Origin: Acidobacteriota bacterium | GTDB lineage: Bacteria > Acidobacteriota > Vicinamibacteria > Marinacidobacterales > Marinacidobacteraceae | Direction of reading: 5' to 3' | Length of the DNA stretch: 64,000 nucleotides | Assembly: GCA_022828085.1 (NCBI GenBank) | Contig: JAJEIY010000001.1 | Coordinates: forward strand, 35,180 to 99,179 | In this document: in pieces, positions 48,036 through 56,583 of the stretch | Layout: each line of letters opens with the position of its first letter | Numbering within the stretch: position 1 is the first letter of the stretch | Program-made: the position numbers and the translations under genes | The notes under the pieces: generated by a model | Told to the model about the DNA's origin: nothing | What the model saw: only the letters and a program-made list of their open reading frames with translations | Databases searched by the model: none

Positions 48036-48875
48036 TCAGGAACCGAGATGTTCCCGGAAGAAGCGGACGGTCATCGGCCAGGCCTGCGAGGACGCCGTCA
48101 GATTCCGTCCCTCGCGGCCGTCCTGGGCGCGCAGGAACCCGTGCCCCGCGCCGTCGAAGATCTCCACCTGGAAGGACTTGCCGAGTTCCTCCATCCGGTT
48201 CTGCGCCGGCGGAATCGTCTCGTTCACCCGCGCGTCGTCCTCGCCGTAGAGGCCGAGCACGGGGGCCTCGACGGCGGCGAGCGCCTCGCTGTCAGGTGAG
48301 GTCCCGTAGTAGACGATCGCCGCGCCGAGCTCCGGATCGTGGGTGGCGAAGGTGAAGCTCGTGCGCCCGCCCCAGCAGAAGCCGACCACCCCGTAGGAAT
48401 CGCGGGCGGCAGGAAGCGCGGTGGCCCAGTCCGCCACCGCCTTCAGCCGGGTGTGCACCTCATCGCGGTCGAGCGCCCGGATCAGCGCCCGCGCCCCGTC
48501 GCCATCCACCGAATCGGTCCGCCCCCCGTCCGGCCCCTTGCCGGTCAGCAGGTCGGGAGCGACCGCGATGAAGCCCTGCGCCGCCAGCTCGTCGGCCACC
48601 CCCCGGATCCAGTCGGTGAGCCCGAAGATCTCGTGAATGACCACGACCACCGGCGCGGTATCCGACCGCTCCGGATAGACGATCCAGGACTCGACGGCGT
48701 CGCCGCCCGGCGCCGGCACCGAGACCCACTCCCCGTGCCGCGGGGAGGTGTTCAGCCGGTCGCGGGCGGTGTCGGCGGAGCCGGGGAGCTGCTGAGCGTA
48801 AGCCGACCCGGCGGTCAGAAAAACGGCGCCGACGAGCGGCGCGGCAAAACGCGGAAGGGAGCGGAACGGGCGCAT
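48036..48875 (-). CDS. Dienelactone hydrolase family protein, secreted
   Basis: A signal MRPFRSLPRFAAPLVGAVFLTAGSAYAQ precedes a DLH fold with nucleophile GFCWGG and a HGF His motif, giving about 279 aa. The upstream track extension is junk. Confidence 0.8.
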   Translation of the reverse strand: MRPFRSLPRFAAPLVGAVFLTAGSAYAQQLPGSADTARDRLNTSPRHGEWVSVPAPGGDAVESWIVYPERSDTAPVVVVIHEIFGLTDWIRGVADELAAQGFIAVAPDLLTGKGPDGGRTDSVDGDGARALIRALDRDEVHTRLKAVADWATALPAARDSYGVVGFCWGGRTSFTFATHDPELGAAIVYYGTSPDSEALAAVEAPVLGLYGEDDARVNETIPPAQNRMEELGKSFQVEIFDGAGHGFLRAQDGREGRNLTASSQAWPMTVRFFREHLGS

Positions 48876-48921
48876 TCGCCGAGTATAGTCCTGGCCAACC
48901 GAGCCGATTCCAACCGAAAGA

Positions 48922-49656
48922 ATGAGCAGCGAGACACCCGGTAACCGCCCGGGAAGCATGCACGGCGGCGCCCCGCCGCGCGGCGGGTGGTGGGCGGCGC
49001 CGGCCGCCCTGGGCCTCCTGGTGTCCATCTGGGCGGTCTTCTTCTACGCGCCCACGGAACTCACGATGGGTGACCTGCAGCGGCTCTTCTACTTCCACAT
49101 TTCCTCGTGGTGGCTCGCCTTCGCCGCCTTCCTGCTGGTCGCGGGGGCCAGCGTCGCGTGGCTCCGCACCCGGGACCCGCGCTACGACACGGCGGCTCTC
49201 GCTGCGGCCGAGATCGGGACGCTCTTCGCCACCACCGGACTCGCGATGGGGATCATCTGGGCAAAGCCCGCGTGGGGCATCTGGTGGACGTGGGACGCCC
49301 GGCTGACCACCGCCTTCGTCCTCTGGCTGATCTACGTCGGCTACCTGATGCTTCGCGGCTATGTGGACGACCCGACCCGGCGGGCGAACCTGGCCGCCGT
49401 GCTCGGCATCCTCGGCGGCGCCGACGTCCCCATCGTCTATTTCTCGATCCGCTGGTGGCGCACCCAGCATCCGGCGCCGGTGATCATGGGCGGGCCGGAT
49501 TCCGGGTTGCATCCCGACATGTGGATCACGCTGCTCATTTGCCTCGCCGCGTTCACCTTCCTCTTCATCTGGCTCTTCCAGTGGCGAATGGAGCTCGGGC
49601 GGGAAGCGCGCGCCCTGGAAGCGCTTCGGCAGCAGCGGCTCGCGGAAGCGCCATGA
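48922..49656 (+). CDS. ccmC: Heme exporter protein CcmC (cytochrome c maturation, system I)
   Basis: The WWD domain motif WGIWWTWDARLT is present in a six-TM protein of 244 aa. Confidence 0.85.
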   Translation: MSSETPGNRPGSMHGGAPPRGGWWAAPAALGLLVSIWAVFFYAPTELTMGDLQRLFYFHISSWWLAFAAFLLVAGASVAWLRTRDPRYDTAALAAAEIGTLFATTGLAMGIIWAKPAWGIWWTWDARLTTAFVLWLIYVGYLMLRGYVDDPTRRANLAAVLGILGGADVPIVYFSIRWWRTQHPAPVIMGGPDSGLHPDMWITLLICLAAFTFLFIWLFQWRMELGREARALEALRQQRLAEAP

Positions 49657-49796
49657 ACGACTGGCTTTCCGCCGGCTACACCGCCTTCTTCGTGCTGCTC
49701 GGGGCGTACGTGGTCCGCTTGGGACTCCTCGAACGCACTCTCCGCCGTGAACGGGCGCGGCTGGCAGAACACGAAGCCCGATCGGAAGACCCGTGA
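49650..49796 (+). CDS. ccmD: Heme exporter protein CcmD (small single-TM protein)
   Basis: The 48-aa protein MNDWLSAGYTAFFVLLGAYVVRLGLLERTLRRERARLAEHEARSEDP overlaps the ccmC stop as ATGA. Its size and position fit CcmD. Confidence 0.5.
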   Translation, partial: AMNDWLSAGYTAFFVLLGAYVVRLGLLERTLRRERARLAEHEARSEDP

Positions 49797-50518
49797 GACG
49801 GCTCGACGGCGTTGCGGCGCTGATCACCGGCGCCTCCTCGGGGATCGGGCGCGGCCTCGCCGGGGTCTTCCTCCGGGAAGGAGCGCGGGTCTTCCTCACG
49901 GCACGCGGTGAGGACCGCCTCCGGGAGACCGCCGGGGAACTCGAAGCGGCGCACCCGGGGCGGATCGGCCACGCCGCCTCGGACGTCGGCGATCCGGAAT
50001 CGGCCGGGACGATGGTTCTGGCCGCGCTCGCCCGCTTTCCCGACCTTTCGGTCCTCGTCAACAACGCGTCGATCCTGGGGGTGCGGGCGCCCATCATCGA
50101 GCAGGATCCCAAGGTCTGGGAGGACACTTTGCGAATCAATACCGCGAGCCTCCTCTACGTGACGAAGCCGCTCCTCCCGGCCTTCCTCGAACGGGAAACC
50201 GCTTCCATCATCAATGTCAGCTCGACGGTCGGCCGGATCGGCAAGCCCAACTGGGGCCCGTACGCGGTGTCCAAGTTCGGCCTCGAGGGGTTCACCCAGA
50301 CGCTCGCCGCGGAGCTCGAGGACACCGGCGTCCGGGTGAACAGCGTCAATCCGGGAGCCACCCGCACCCCGATGCGGGCCGCCGCCTATCCGGCGGAGGA
50401 TCCCCTCACCCTCCCGACACCGGAGGACATCGCCGAGGTCTTCGTCTACCTCGCGTCTCGGGAATCGGCCGGGATCACCGGCCAGGCCCTGAACGCCCGC
50501 GACTACTTCCGGTCGTAA
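49793..50518 (+). CDS. SDR family short-chain dehydrogenase/reductase
   Basis: The motifs TGASSGIG (NAD(P) binding) and YAVSK (catalytic YxxxK) are present. A GTG start overlaps the ccmD stop as GTGA. Confidence 0.85.
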   Translation: MRRLDGVAALITGASSGIGRGLAGVFLREGARVFLTARGEDRLRETAGELEAAHPGRIGHAASDVGDPESAGTMVLAALARFPDLSVLVNNASILGVRAPIIEQDPKVWEDTLRINTASLLYVTKPLLPAFLERETASIINVSSTVGRIGKPNWGPYAVSKFGLEGFTQTLAAELEDTGVRVNSVNPGATRTPMRAAAYPAEDPLTLPTPEDIAEVFVYLASRESAGITGQALNARDYFRS

Positions 50519-50528
50519 TCCCAGCCAG

Positions 50529-51830
50529 ATGAGCGTCGGCGAGCGCTTCGGGACCCGCTTCGGGACCGCGATGACGCTCATCGGGGTCGCCGTGGGTCTC
50601 GCGAACGTCTGGCGGTTCCCCTACATGGCGGGGCAATACGGGGGTGGGGCGTTCGTCGCCATCTACGTCGCCTTCGTCCTGCTGCTCGGGGCCCCGGCGC
50701 TGATCGCCGAGTGGAGCCTGGGAAGGCTGACCCGCGCGGGTCCCGGCGGCGCCTTCACCAGCATCGGGATGCCCGGCGGCCGCTTCATCGGCGGCCTGCT
50801 CTTCCTGACCGTGTTCATGGCCTGCTCCTACTACACGGTCGTGGTGGCCCAGGTCCTCTTCTACGCCGCGCTCGGTGGTGTGGTCGTCGAGCCCGAGGCG
50901 TTCTACGCCCGGAACTTCGGCGGCATGACGGGGCTGAACCTCAGCCTCACCGTGCTCGTGTTCGGGGCGATGGGCCTGGTCGCCGCCTTCGGGGTGCAGC
51001 GGGGCGTCGAGCGCCTGTCACGGATCGCCATGCCGCTCGTCGCGATCGGCCTCGTCGTCGTCGCCGTCCGGTCGGTCACGCTGCCGGGCGCCTCCGAGGG
51101 CATCCGCTACCTCCTCTGGCCCGATCTCGGAAGCGTGAGCGCCGAGACGTTCCTGGCCGCGCTCGGGCAGGCGTTCTTCAGCCTCTCGCTCGGCGGCACC
51201 TTCTTCCTCGCCTACGGCAGCTACCTGCCCTCGAACGCCAACCTGCGCCGACTGTCGGGCACGACGATCTTCGGCGACTCGGGCGCCGCCATCCTGGGCG
51301 GGCTCGCGGTGCTGCCGGCGGCCTTCGCCCTCGGAGTGGAGCCGGCCTCGGGTCCGCCGCTCGTCTTCTTCACCCTGCCCCGCGTCTTCGCCGCCATGCC
51401 CGGCGGCGAGTTCTTCGGGCCGGTCTTCTTCCTCGCCCTCTTCCTGGCCGCCTTCCTTTCGGCCCTCGCCGCGCTCGAAGTCATCGTCAACTCGGCGGTT
51501 CCCTGGACCGGCTGGAGCCGGCGGACGGTGGTCGGCGCAGCGGTCGCCCTTCAGATCCCCCTGGCGCTCCCTTCGATGGTCAGCTCCGACTACCTGGGCT
51601 GGAGCGACCTGATCTGGGGCTCGACCATGCAGCCCATCGGCTCGGCGCTCACCCTGATCGGCCTCGGGTTCTTCGTCTCCCGGGGCCGGGCGCTCGCCGA
51701 GGCGAGCCGGGGCTCGGCGCAGCCGCTCGGCGGCCTCTGGCTCTTCTGGATCCGCTGGGTCATCCCCGCGGCCATCGTGGTGGTGCTGTTCTGGGGCTGG
51801 AGCGGGACGCTGCGGGAGCTCTTCTCGTGA
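50529..51830 (+). CDS. Sodium-dependent transporter, NSS/SNF family
   Basis: The NSS signature GLANVWRFPY is present in a polytopic protein of 433 aa. Confidence 0.85.
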   Translation: MSVGERFGTRFGTAMTLIGVAVGLANVWRFPYMAGQYGGGAFVAIYVAFVLLLGAPALIAEWSLGRLTRAGPGGAFTSIGMPGGRFIGGLLFLTVFMACSYYTVVVAQVLFYAALGGVVVEPEAFYARNFGGMTGLNLSLTVLVFGAMGLVAAFGVQRGVERLSRIAMPLVAIGLVVVAVRSVTLPGASEGIRYLLWPDLGSVSAETFLAALGQAFFSLSLGGTFFLAYGSYLPSNANLRRLSGTTIFGDSGAAILGGLAVLPAAFALGVEPASGPPLVFFTLPRVFAAMPGGEFFGPVFFLALFLAAFLSALAALEVIVNSAVPWTGWSRRTVVGAAVALQIPLALPSMVSSDYLGWSDLIWGSTMQPIGSALTLIGLGFFVSRGRALAEASRGSAQPLGGLWLFWIRWVIPAAIVVVLFWGWSGTLRELFS

Positions 51831-52750
51831 GCGGGGAAGGAGCGCCGCTCCGCGTCCGGCACGGGGCGCTCCACTTCTTCGTCCGGGAAGCGCTGAAGCG
51901 CGTTCGCCTGGCGCCGGAACTGGCGTCGCAGACGGCGGACGCAATGGTGGCGGCCAACCTCGCCGGCGAGGACGCGGACGGGGTGGCCTGGCTGCCCGAC
52001 CTGGCCGGCAAGCTCTCCACCCGGCACGTCAACACCGCGCCGGAAATGAAGCTGGTGGCCTCCTCGGGCGGGACGGCGGTCCTCGACGGCGACAACGGAC
52101 CGGGACCCGCCGTCGCCCATCGGGCAATGACCGAGGCCATCGGCGGAGCGAACCGGCACGGCGTCGGCAGCACCGCGGTGCGCCGCGGGAACCGTCTGGG
52201 CTCGGCGGGAAACGCCGCAGCCCTGGCCCTGCCCCACCAGATGGCGGGCATCGCGATCGCCGGCGATCCGCAGCATCCGGAAGCCGGCGCCCCTCCCGCC
52301 GCGGCCCAGCCGGTGGCGCTCGGCATCGCGGTGCCGACCGCGGAAACCGCCGCGCCGCTCGTCCTGAATCTCCGCTTCCCCGACGGCGGCGACCGGGATC
52401 TGGCGCTCGCGCTGGCGCTCGAATTCCTCGTCAGTCTCGGGGGCGCCGCGCTCCCCGCGGAATTCACCGCCGAACCCCGGCCCGAACCCGTGCACGGCGG
52501 GACCGGACAGTTGTTCCTCGCCTTCCGGGTCCGGGCCTTCGCTCCCTGGGCCGGCTTCCGCAACCGGATGGTGGAACGGCTCGCCCAACTGCGGCGGGCC
52601 CGGATCGACTATCCGGGGCAGGAAGCCGCCGCCGTCGAGGAGGAACGCCGCACCCGGGGAATCCTCCTCGACCTGAAGACAACGGACTCCCTGCGCCAGC
52701 TCGCCTACCAGCTCGGCATGAACGAGATCTGGGACCGCCTGGGGAAGTAG
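51827..52750 (+). CDS. Ldh_2 family (malate/L-lactate/sulfolactate dehydrogenase-like) oxidoreductase, tentative
   Basis: A GTG start overlaps the NSS stop as GTGA, giving 307 aa. The region AANLAGEDADGVAWLPDLAGKL resembles the Ldh_2 N-terminal block, but the canonical SHG is missing. Confidence 0.45.
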   Translation: MSGEGAPLRVRHGALHFFVREALKRVRLAPELASQTADAMVAANLAGEDADGVAWLPDLAGKLSTRHVNTAPEMKLVASSGGTAVLDGDNGPGPAVAHRAMTEAIGGANRHGVGSTAVRRGNRLGSAGNAAALALPHQMAGIAIAGDPQHPEAGAPPAAAQPVALGIAVPTAETAAPLVLNLRFPDGGDRDLALALALEFLVSLGGAALPAEFTAEPRPEPVHGGTGQLFLAFRVRAFAPWAGFRNRMVERLAQLRRARIDYPGQEAAAVEEERRTRGILLDLKTTDSLRQLAYQLGMNEIWDRLGK

Positions 52751-52778
52751 CGGGAGACGCCAAGAGCTGGCAGCGGCG

Positions 52779-52825
52779 TGCGTTTCGCGGCCTGCGGCCG
52801 CGATGCCGGCTGGAGGCCGGCGCTC
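52779..52825 (-). repeat. Diverged member of the repeat family between convergent genes
   Basis: Hairpin GCGGCC-TGC-GGCCGC lies at 52787-52801 and hairpin GCCGGC-TGGAG-GCCGGC at 52806-52822, with the shared tail GCGCTCC. Confidence 0.55.
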
Positions 52826-54886
52826 CTAACGATGGACGAAGGTCGCCGGGGTGCGGGGGCCGTTCTCGATGAAGTTCCGGACCCCGATGCGCATGTCCTC
52901 GAGCGCGCAGCCCTCACCGAAGAGCCGTATCTCGTGCTCCAGTCCGGCGGCGAGATCCATCGCGGCGCCCTCGCGGACCGCCCGCTGGATGAACCCGTCC
53001 ACAGCGCGGGAGAGATGGCCGAGGTCCACGTCCGGACACGTCCCCGGGGTGGAGATCGGTCCCGCCGGCATCGCCGGCAGCACGCGTTCACCCCGCGCGG
53101 CTTCGGCGACGACCTGAACCGCCCGCTCCCGGAGCCGCTCGCCGGGGACCAGCTCGCTGACGAGTCCGAGTTCGAGCGCCTCCGCCGCCGAAACCGGCCG
53201 CCCGGTCCGCAGGATTTCCCAGGCGGCCTCCACCCCGATGAGCCGGGGCAGCCGCTGGGTGCCGCCGGCGCCCGGAATGATCCCCAGATTCGGCTCCGGC
53301 TGCATCGCGAGCACCCTGAGCCCCTCGCGGCCGATCCGGGCGTGGCAGGCCATGGCCAGCTCGTTGCCACCGCCGACCGCCATTCCGTTCAGGGCGCAGA
53401 CGACGGGCTTCGGAAGGCCGGCGATGCGGTTCAGCACCTCGTGCGAGGCCCGGGAGAGCCGCTCGCCGTCCTCCGGGCCCCCGATCCGCGCCAGCGTCCG
53501 CACGTCGGCGCCGGAAACGAACGCCTTCACCCCGAAGCCGGTGATCACCATTCCGAGGACGCGGTCGTCCGCCGCCACTTCGGCCAGGTGGGCATCCAGC
53601 TCCCGGAAGACGTCCTCGTCCAGCGCGCCGAGCACCTCCGGCCGCCGGATGGTCAGCACCGCCACCGCGCCCGGCCCCGCCGGAACGTCGCGCCGGCCCA
53701 CCCGGGAGACCGGCCGGGATGTCCACTCGGGCAGGTGTCCGGCGAACCCGGCGGGATCGAAGAAGTCCGGCTCCCGCTCCCGGTAGGAGGCGAGGAGGTC
53801 CGAGACCCGCGCCACCCCCAGTTTCCGCATGAGCCCGAAGGGATGCACCACCGCCAGGGCGAGATGGCAGGACATGTCCAGATCCGGGACGGAGATCGCT
53901 CCGTCCGCGGCGGTCCAGGCGGCAAGTCCCAGATACGCGGCGGTGATCCGTTCCTCGATCCGCGCCCGGCGGTCCTCGGGAACGAACACCTCTTCACCGC
54001 GCGCGGGCACGTCCCACACCCGGCCGGTGGGCCCCTCCTCCGCCACCGCCTCCTCGAGCAGCCGCGGAACCCGGAACCAGGGGTGGAGACGCTCGTGCAT
54101 CTCGGCAAACCCCTCGTAGGTGATCGGGTTGCCGCCGGTCAGGTTCATGGCGGTGAATGGTCCGATCCCGAGCCGGAGCGCCCGGCGGGCGACGTCGTCC
54201 ACCTCCTTCGAGGTCCCGAGCCCCTCCTCGACCGCAAGCGCCGCCGCCAGGAAGAGCCCTTCGAAGATGGGGTTCAGGGCGTGGCCGAACCGGCTCGCGA
54301 CGGCCACCGGCACCTTGCCGATCTCTTCGTAAAAGCCCAGCAACCACGGCACGAGGCCGCGCGCGGGTTCGGCGGCGACGATCTCCACGACCGGGTTGCG
54401 CTCCGCCGGGAAGAAGTAGTGCGCCACCGCCGCGCGGCGCGGTTCGGCCAGCCCGGAGAAGATCCGGGACGGCTCGATGTGGGAGGAGTTCGAGAGCAGC
54501 ACCGCCTCGGGGCCGGCGAGCTCCTCAACCGAGGCGAAGATGCGCCGCTTGATCGCGAGGTCCTCGGATGCCGCCTCGATGACGAGGTCCACCCCGGCGA
54601 GCCGGCTGTAGTCGCTCGTGAACCCGACGGAGCCGCGCATCCGTTCGGCCTGGGAATCCCGAAACGCGCCCGAGCGGACCCCCTTGTCGATCTTGCCGAA
54701 CACCTTCTCGCGGCCGGACGCGAGCGCGGCCTCGGAGATGTCGAGGACGACCGTGCCCACCCCGTGGGGGGAGAGGGTCTTGACCAGATGAAGGGCGATG
54801 TCGGGTCCGATCTGACCCGAGCCGATGACGGCGGCGCGGCGGATCTCCCGGCCGCGCCAGGAAAAGCTCCCTGGCTGACTGTCCAC
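52826..54886 (-). CDS. Fused 3-hydroxyacyl-CoA dehydrogenase (N-terminal) / enoyl-CoA hydratase (C-terminal) fatty-acid oxidation protein
   Basis: The N-terminal Rossmann motif AVIGSGQIGPDIA belongs to an HCDH domain. The C-terminal crotonase fold (VITGFGVKAFVSGADV, NGMAVGGGNELAM) completes a 686-aa protein. Confidence 0.85.
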   Translation of the reverse strand: MDSQPGSFSWRGREIRRAAVIGSGQIGPDIALHLVKTLSPHGVGTVVLDISEAALASGREKVFGKIDKGVRSGAFRDSQAERMRGSVGFTSDYSRLAGVDLVIEAASEDLAIKRRIFASVEELAGPEAVLLSNSSHIEPSRIFSGLAEPRRAAVAHYFFPAERNPVVEIVAAEPARGLVPWLLGFYEEIGKVPVAVASRFGHALNPIFEGLFLAAALAVEEGLGTSKEVDDVARRALRLGIGPFTAMNLTGGNPITYEGFAEMHERLHPWFRVPRLLEEAVAEEGPTGRVWDVPARGEEVFVPEDRRARIEERITAAYLGLAAWTAADGAISVPDLDMSCHLALAVVHPFGLMRKLGVARVSDLLASYREREPDFFDPAGFAGHLPEWTSRPVSRVGRRDVPAGPGAVAVLTIRRPEVLGALDEDVFRELDAHLAEVAADDRVLGMVITGFGVKAFVSGADVRTLARIGGPEDGERLSRASHEVLNRIAGLPKPVVCALNGMAVGGGNELAMACHARIGREGLRVLAMQPEPNLGIIPGAGGTQRLPRLIGVEAAWEILRTGRPVSAAEALELGLVSELVPGERLRERAVQVVAEAARGERVLPAMPAGPISTPGTCPDVDLGHLSRAVDGFIQRAVREGAAMDLAAGLEHEIRLFGEGCALEDMRIGVRNFIENGPRTPATFVHR

Positions 54887-54892
54887 CGGCCC

Positions 54893-56452
54893 CTACCGAT
54901 CCTCGTCCGAAATCCGTGACTGCCAGCGCTCGATCTGCCGGGCCGCGGCGTCCCGGCCGCCGAGGCCGAAGGCCACCGCGAACGCCACCGCCACCGCGCC
55001 CAGCACGATGCCGAAGGCCAGCTCGATGATCTCGTTGGCAATGCCCATCTGGCGGAGGCCCACCGCGGTCGTGAACAGCAGGATGCCGACCCGCGCCGCC
55101 AGCGCGAGCAGCCGCGCCTGCGGGACCCGGCTGGCGCTGATGGCGCGCGCCGACAGGTTCGCGAGGAAGACCCCGAAGCCCAGGAACACCACCCCCAGCA
55201 GGAACTGGCCGGTGAACTGGAGGAGCCGGGTGAGCAGCCCCGCCGCGTTGTCGAACCCCACCAGGCTCGCCGCCTCGATGCTCGCGAACAGCATGATGAG
55301 CGCGAGCACCACCACCCGCACGACGTTCGAGGCCGTGTGGTCGTCGGCCGTCGCGGTGCTGGTCAGCCCGATCCGGGTCAGGACGTGGTCGAAGCCGGCC
55401 TGCCGGAGGAGGTCGCAGGTCAGGTTCGCGATGACGCGTCCCACCACGTAGGCGGTGAGCAGGAGCGCCACCGCGACCAGCAGGAGCGGCAACGCGCTGA
55501 AGACCCGCCCGAGCATGTCGCTCGCCGGCCGCGTGATCACGTCGAGGCTCAGCCGGTCGAGCCCGGTCAGGATCACCGGGAAGAGCACCAGCAGGTAGGT
55601 GATCCCGCCGAGCAGCGCCGACGGGGTCCGCGAACCCAGGATCCGCCGGAGCCCGAGCCGCTCCGTCGCCCGGTCGAGCCCCACCGCGGCGAGCAGGTTC
55701 GTGACGACCGCCTTCGCGATCCGGGCAATGAACCACCCGACCAGGAAGATGATGATGGCGCCGAGCGCGTTCGGCAGGAAGGTGATGACCTGATTCACGA
55801 CCGTCTCGATCGGGAGCAGCACCCCCTCCAGGTCGAGCGCCGCCAGGATAGGCGGCAGGAACAGGAGGAGGACGACCCAGTAGACGATCTCGGGCACCGC
55901 GTGCGAGACCCGGCCCGGCGGCCGCTCGCTCCCCCGGTCGAGCCGCTCGTCCACGCCGGCCGCCTCGAGGGCGACCCGCACCGCGCGGCGGAGCACGGCG
56001 GCGAGGACCCAGGCCGCAAGGAGCAGCACGAGCGCCCGCCCCAACTGGGCGACCATCCCCATGATGCGGCCCAGCAGGGTCCCGCCGATGCCTCCGATCG
56101 CGGAGACGTCCACGACCGACGCGACCGCGGCCACGACCAGGATCAGGAGCCCCCAGAAGACGATCCGGCCCGCGATCGCCTCGACGTCCTGCTGGGAGGC
56201 CCGTTCGGGCCCGAGCGCCAGCCGGACGCCGCCGGCGACCCGGGAGGCGATCCGCTCGCGAAGACCCAGCCGGAAAAGGGCCCGGCGGAGCAGGATGACC
56301 ACCACCAGCGCGAAACCGAAAGCGGCCACCAGGACGCCCAGCGCGATCACCAGGTGACCCACGGTCGTGTCGAAGATCGGGGGCATCCGGCGCAGCAGGT
56401 CCGACAGGGCTTCGAGCATTTGCGGGATGGTAGTGAATCCGTCGTCCGCCAT
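54893..56452 (-). CDS. Polytopic membrane protein with conserved TM-helix repeats (MscS-like N-terminal region; no MscS beta-domain seen)
   Basis: The 519-aa protein has repeated hydrophobic helix pairs. No catalytic motif was recognised. Confidence 0.45.
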   Translation of the reverse strand: MADDGFTTIPQMLEALSDLLRRMPPIFDTTVGHLVIALGVLVAAFGFALVVVILLRRALFRLGLRERIASRVAGGVRLALGPERASQQDVEAIAGRIVFWGLLILVVAAVASVVDVSAIGGIGGTLLGRIMGMVAQLGRALVLLLAAWVLAAVLRRAVRVALEAAGVDERLDRGSERPPGRVSHAVPEIVYWVVLLLFLPPILAALDLEGVLLPIETVVNQVITFLPNALGAIIIFLVGWFIARIAKAVVTNLLAAVGLDRATERLGLRRILGSRTPSALLGGITYLLVLFPVILTGLDRLSLDVITRPASDMLGRVFSALPLLLVAVALLLTAYVVGRVIANLTCDLLRQAGFDHVLTRIGLTSTATADDHTASNVVRVVVLALIMLFASIEAASLVGFDNAAGLLTRLLQFTGQFLLGVVFLGFGVFLANLSARAISASRVPQARLLALAARVGILLFTTAVGLRQMGIANEIIELAFGIVLGAVAVAFAVAFGLGGRDAAARQIERWQSRISDEDR

Positions 56453-56583
56453 CCGGCGGCGGGCCCAAAGAAAGGCTGCCGGACCGGCGGCTACCCCCGA
56501 TCCCGGTGGTAAATTCCGCCGAATTCAGGGCCCCGCCCGCCGATTCCGGTCTGGATTCCGGGTTCCCTCAAAGGAGTTGAATC

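Noticed and set aside
52778-56468. 713-aa plus-strand ORF (52778-54919) and 647-aa minus-strand ORF (54525-56468)
   Set aside because: They are antisense or alternative frames of the HCDH/ECH gene and the TM-repeat membrane protein gene, and have low-complexity translations.
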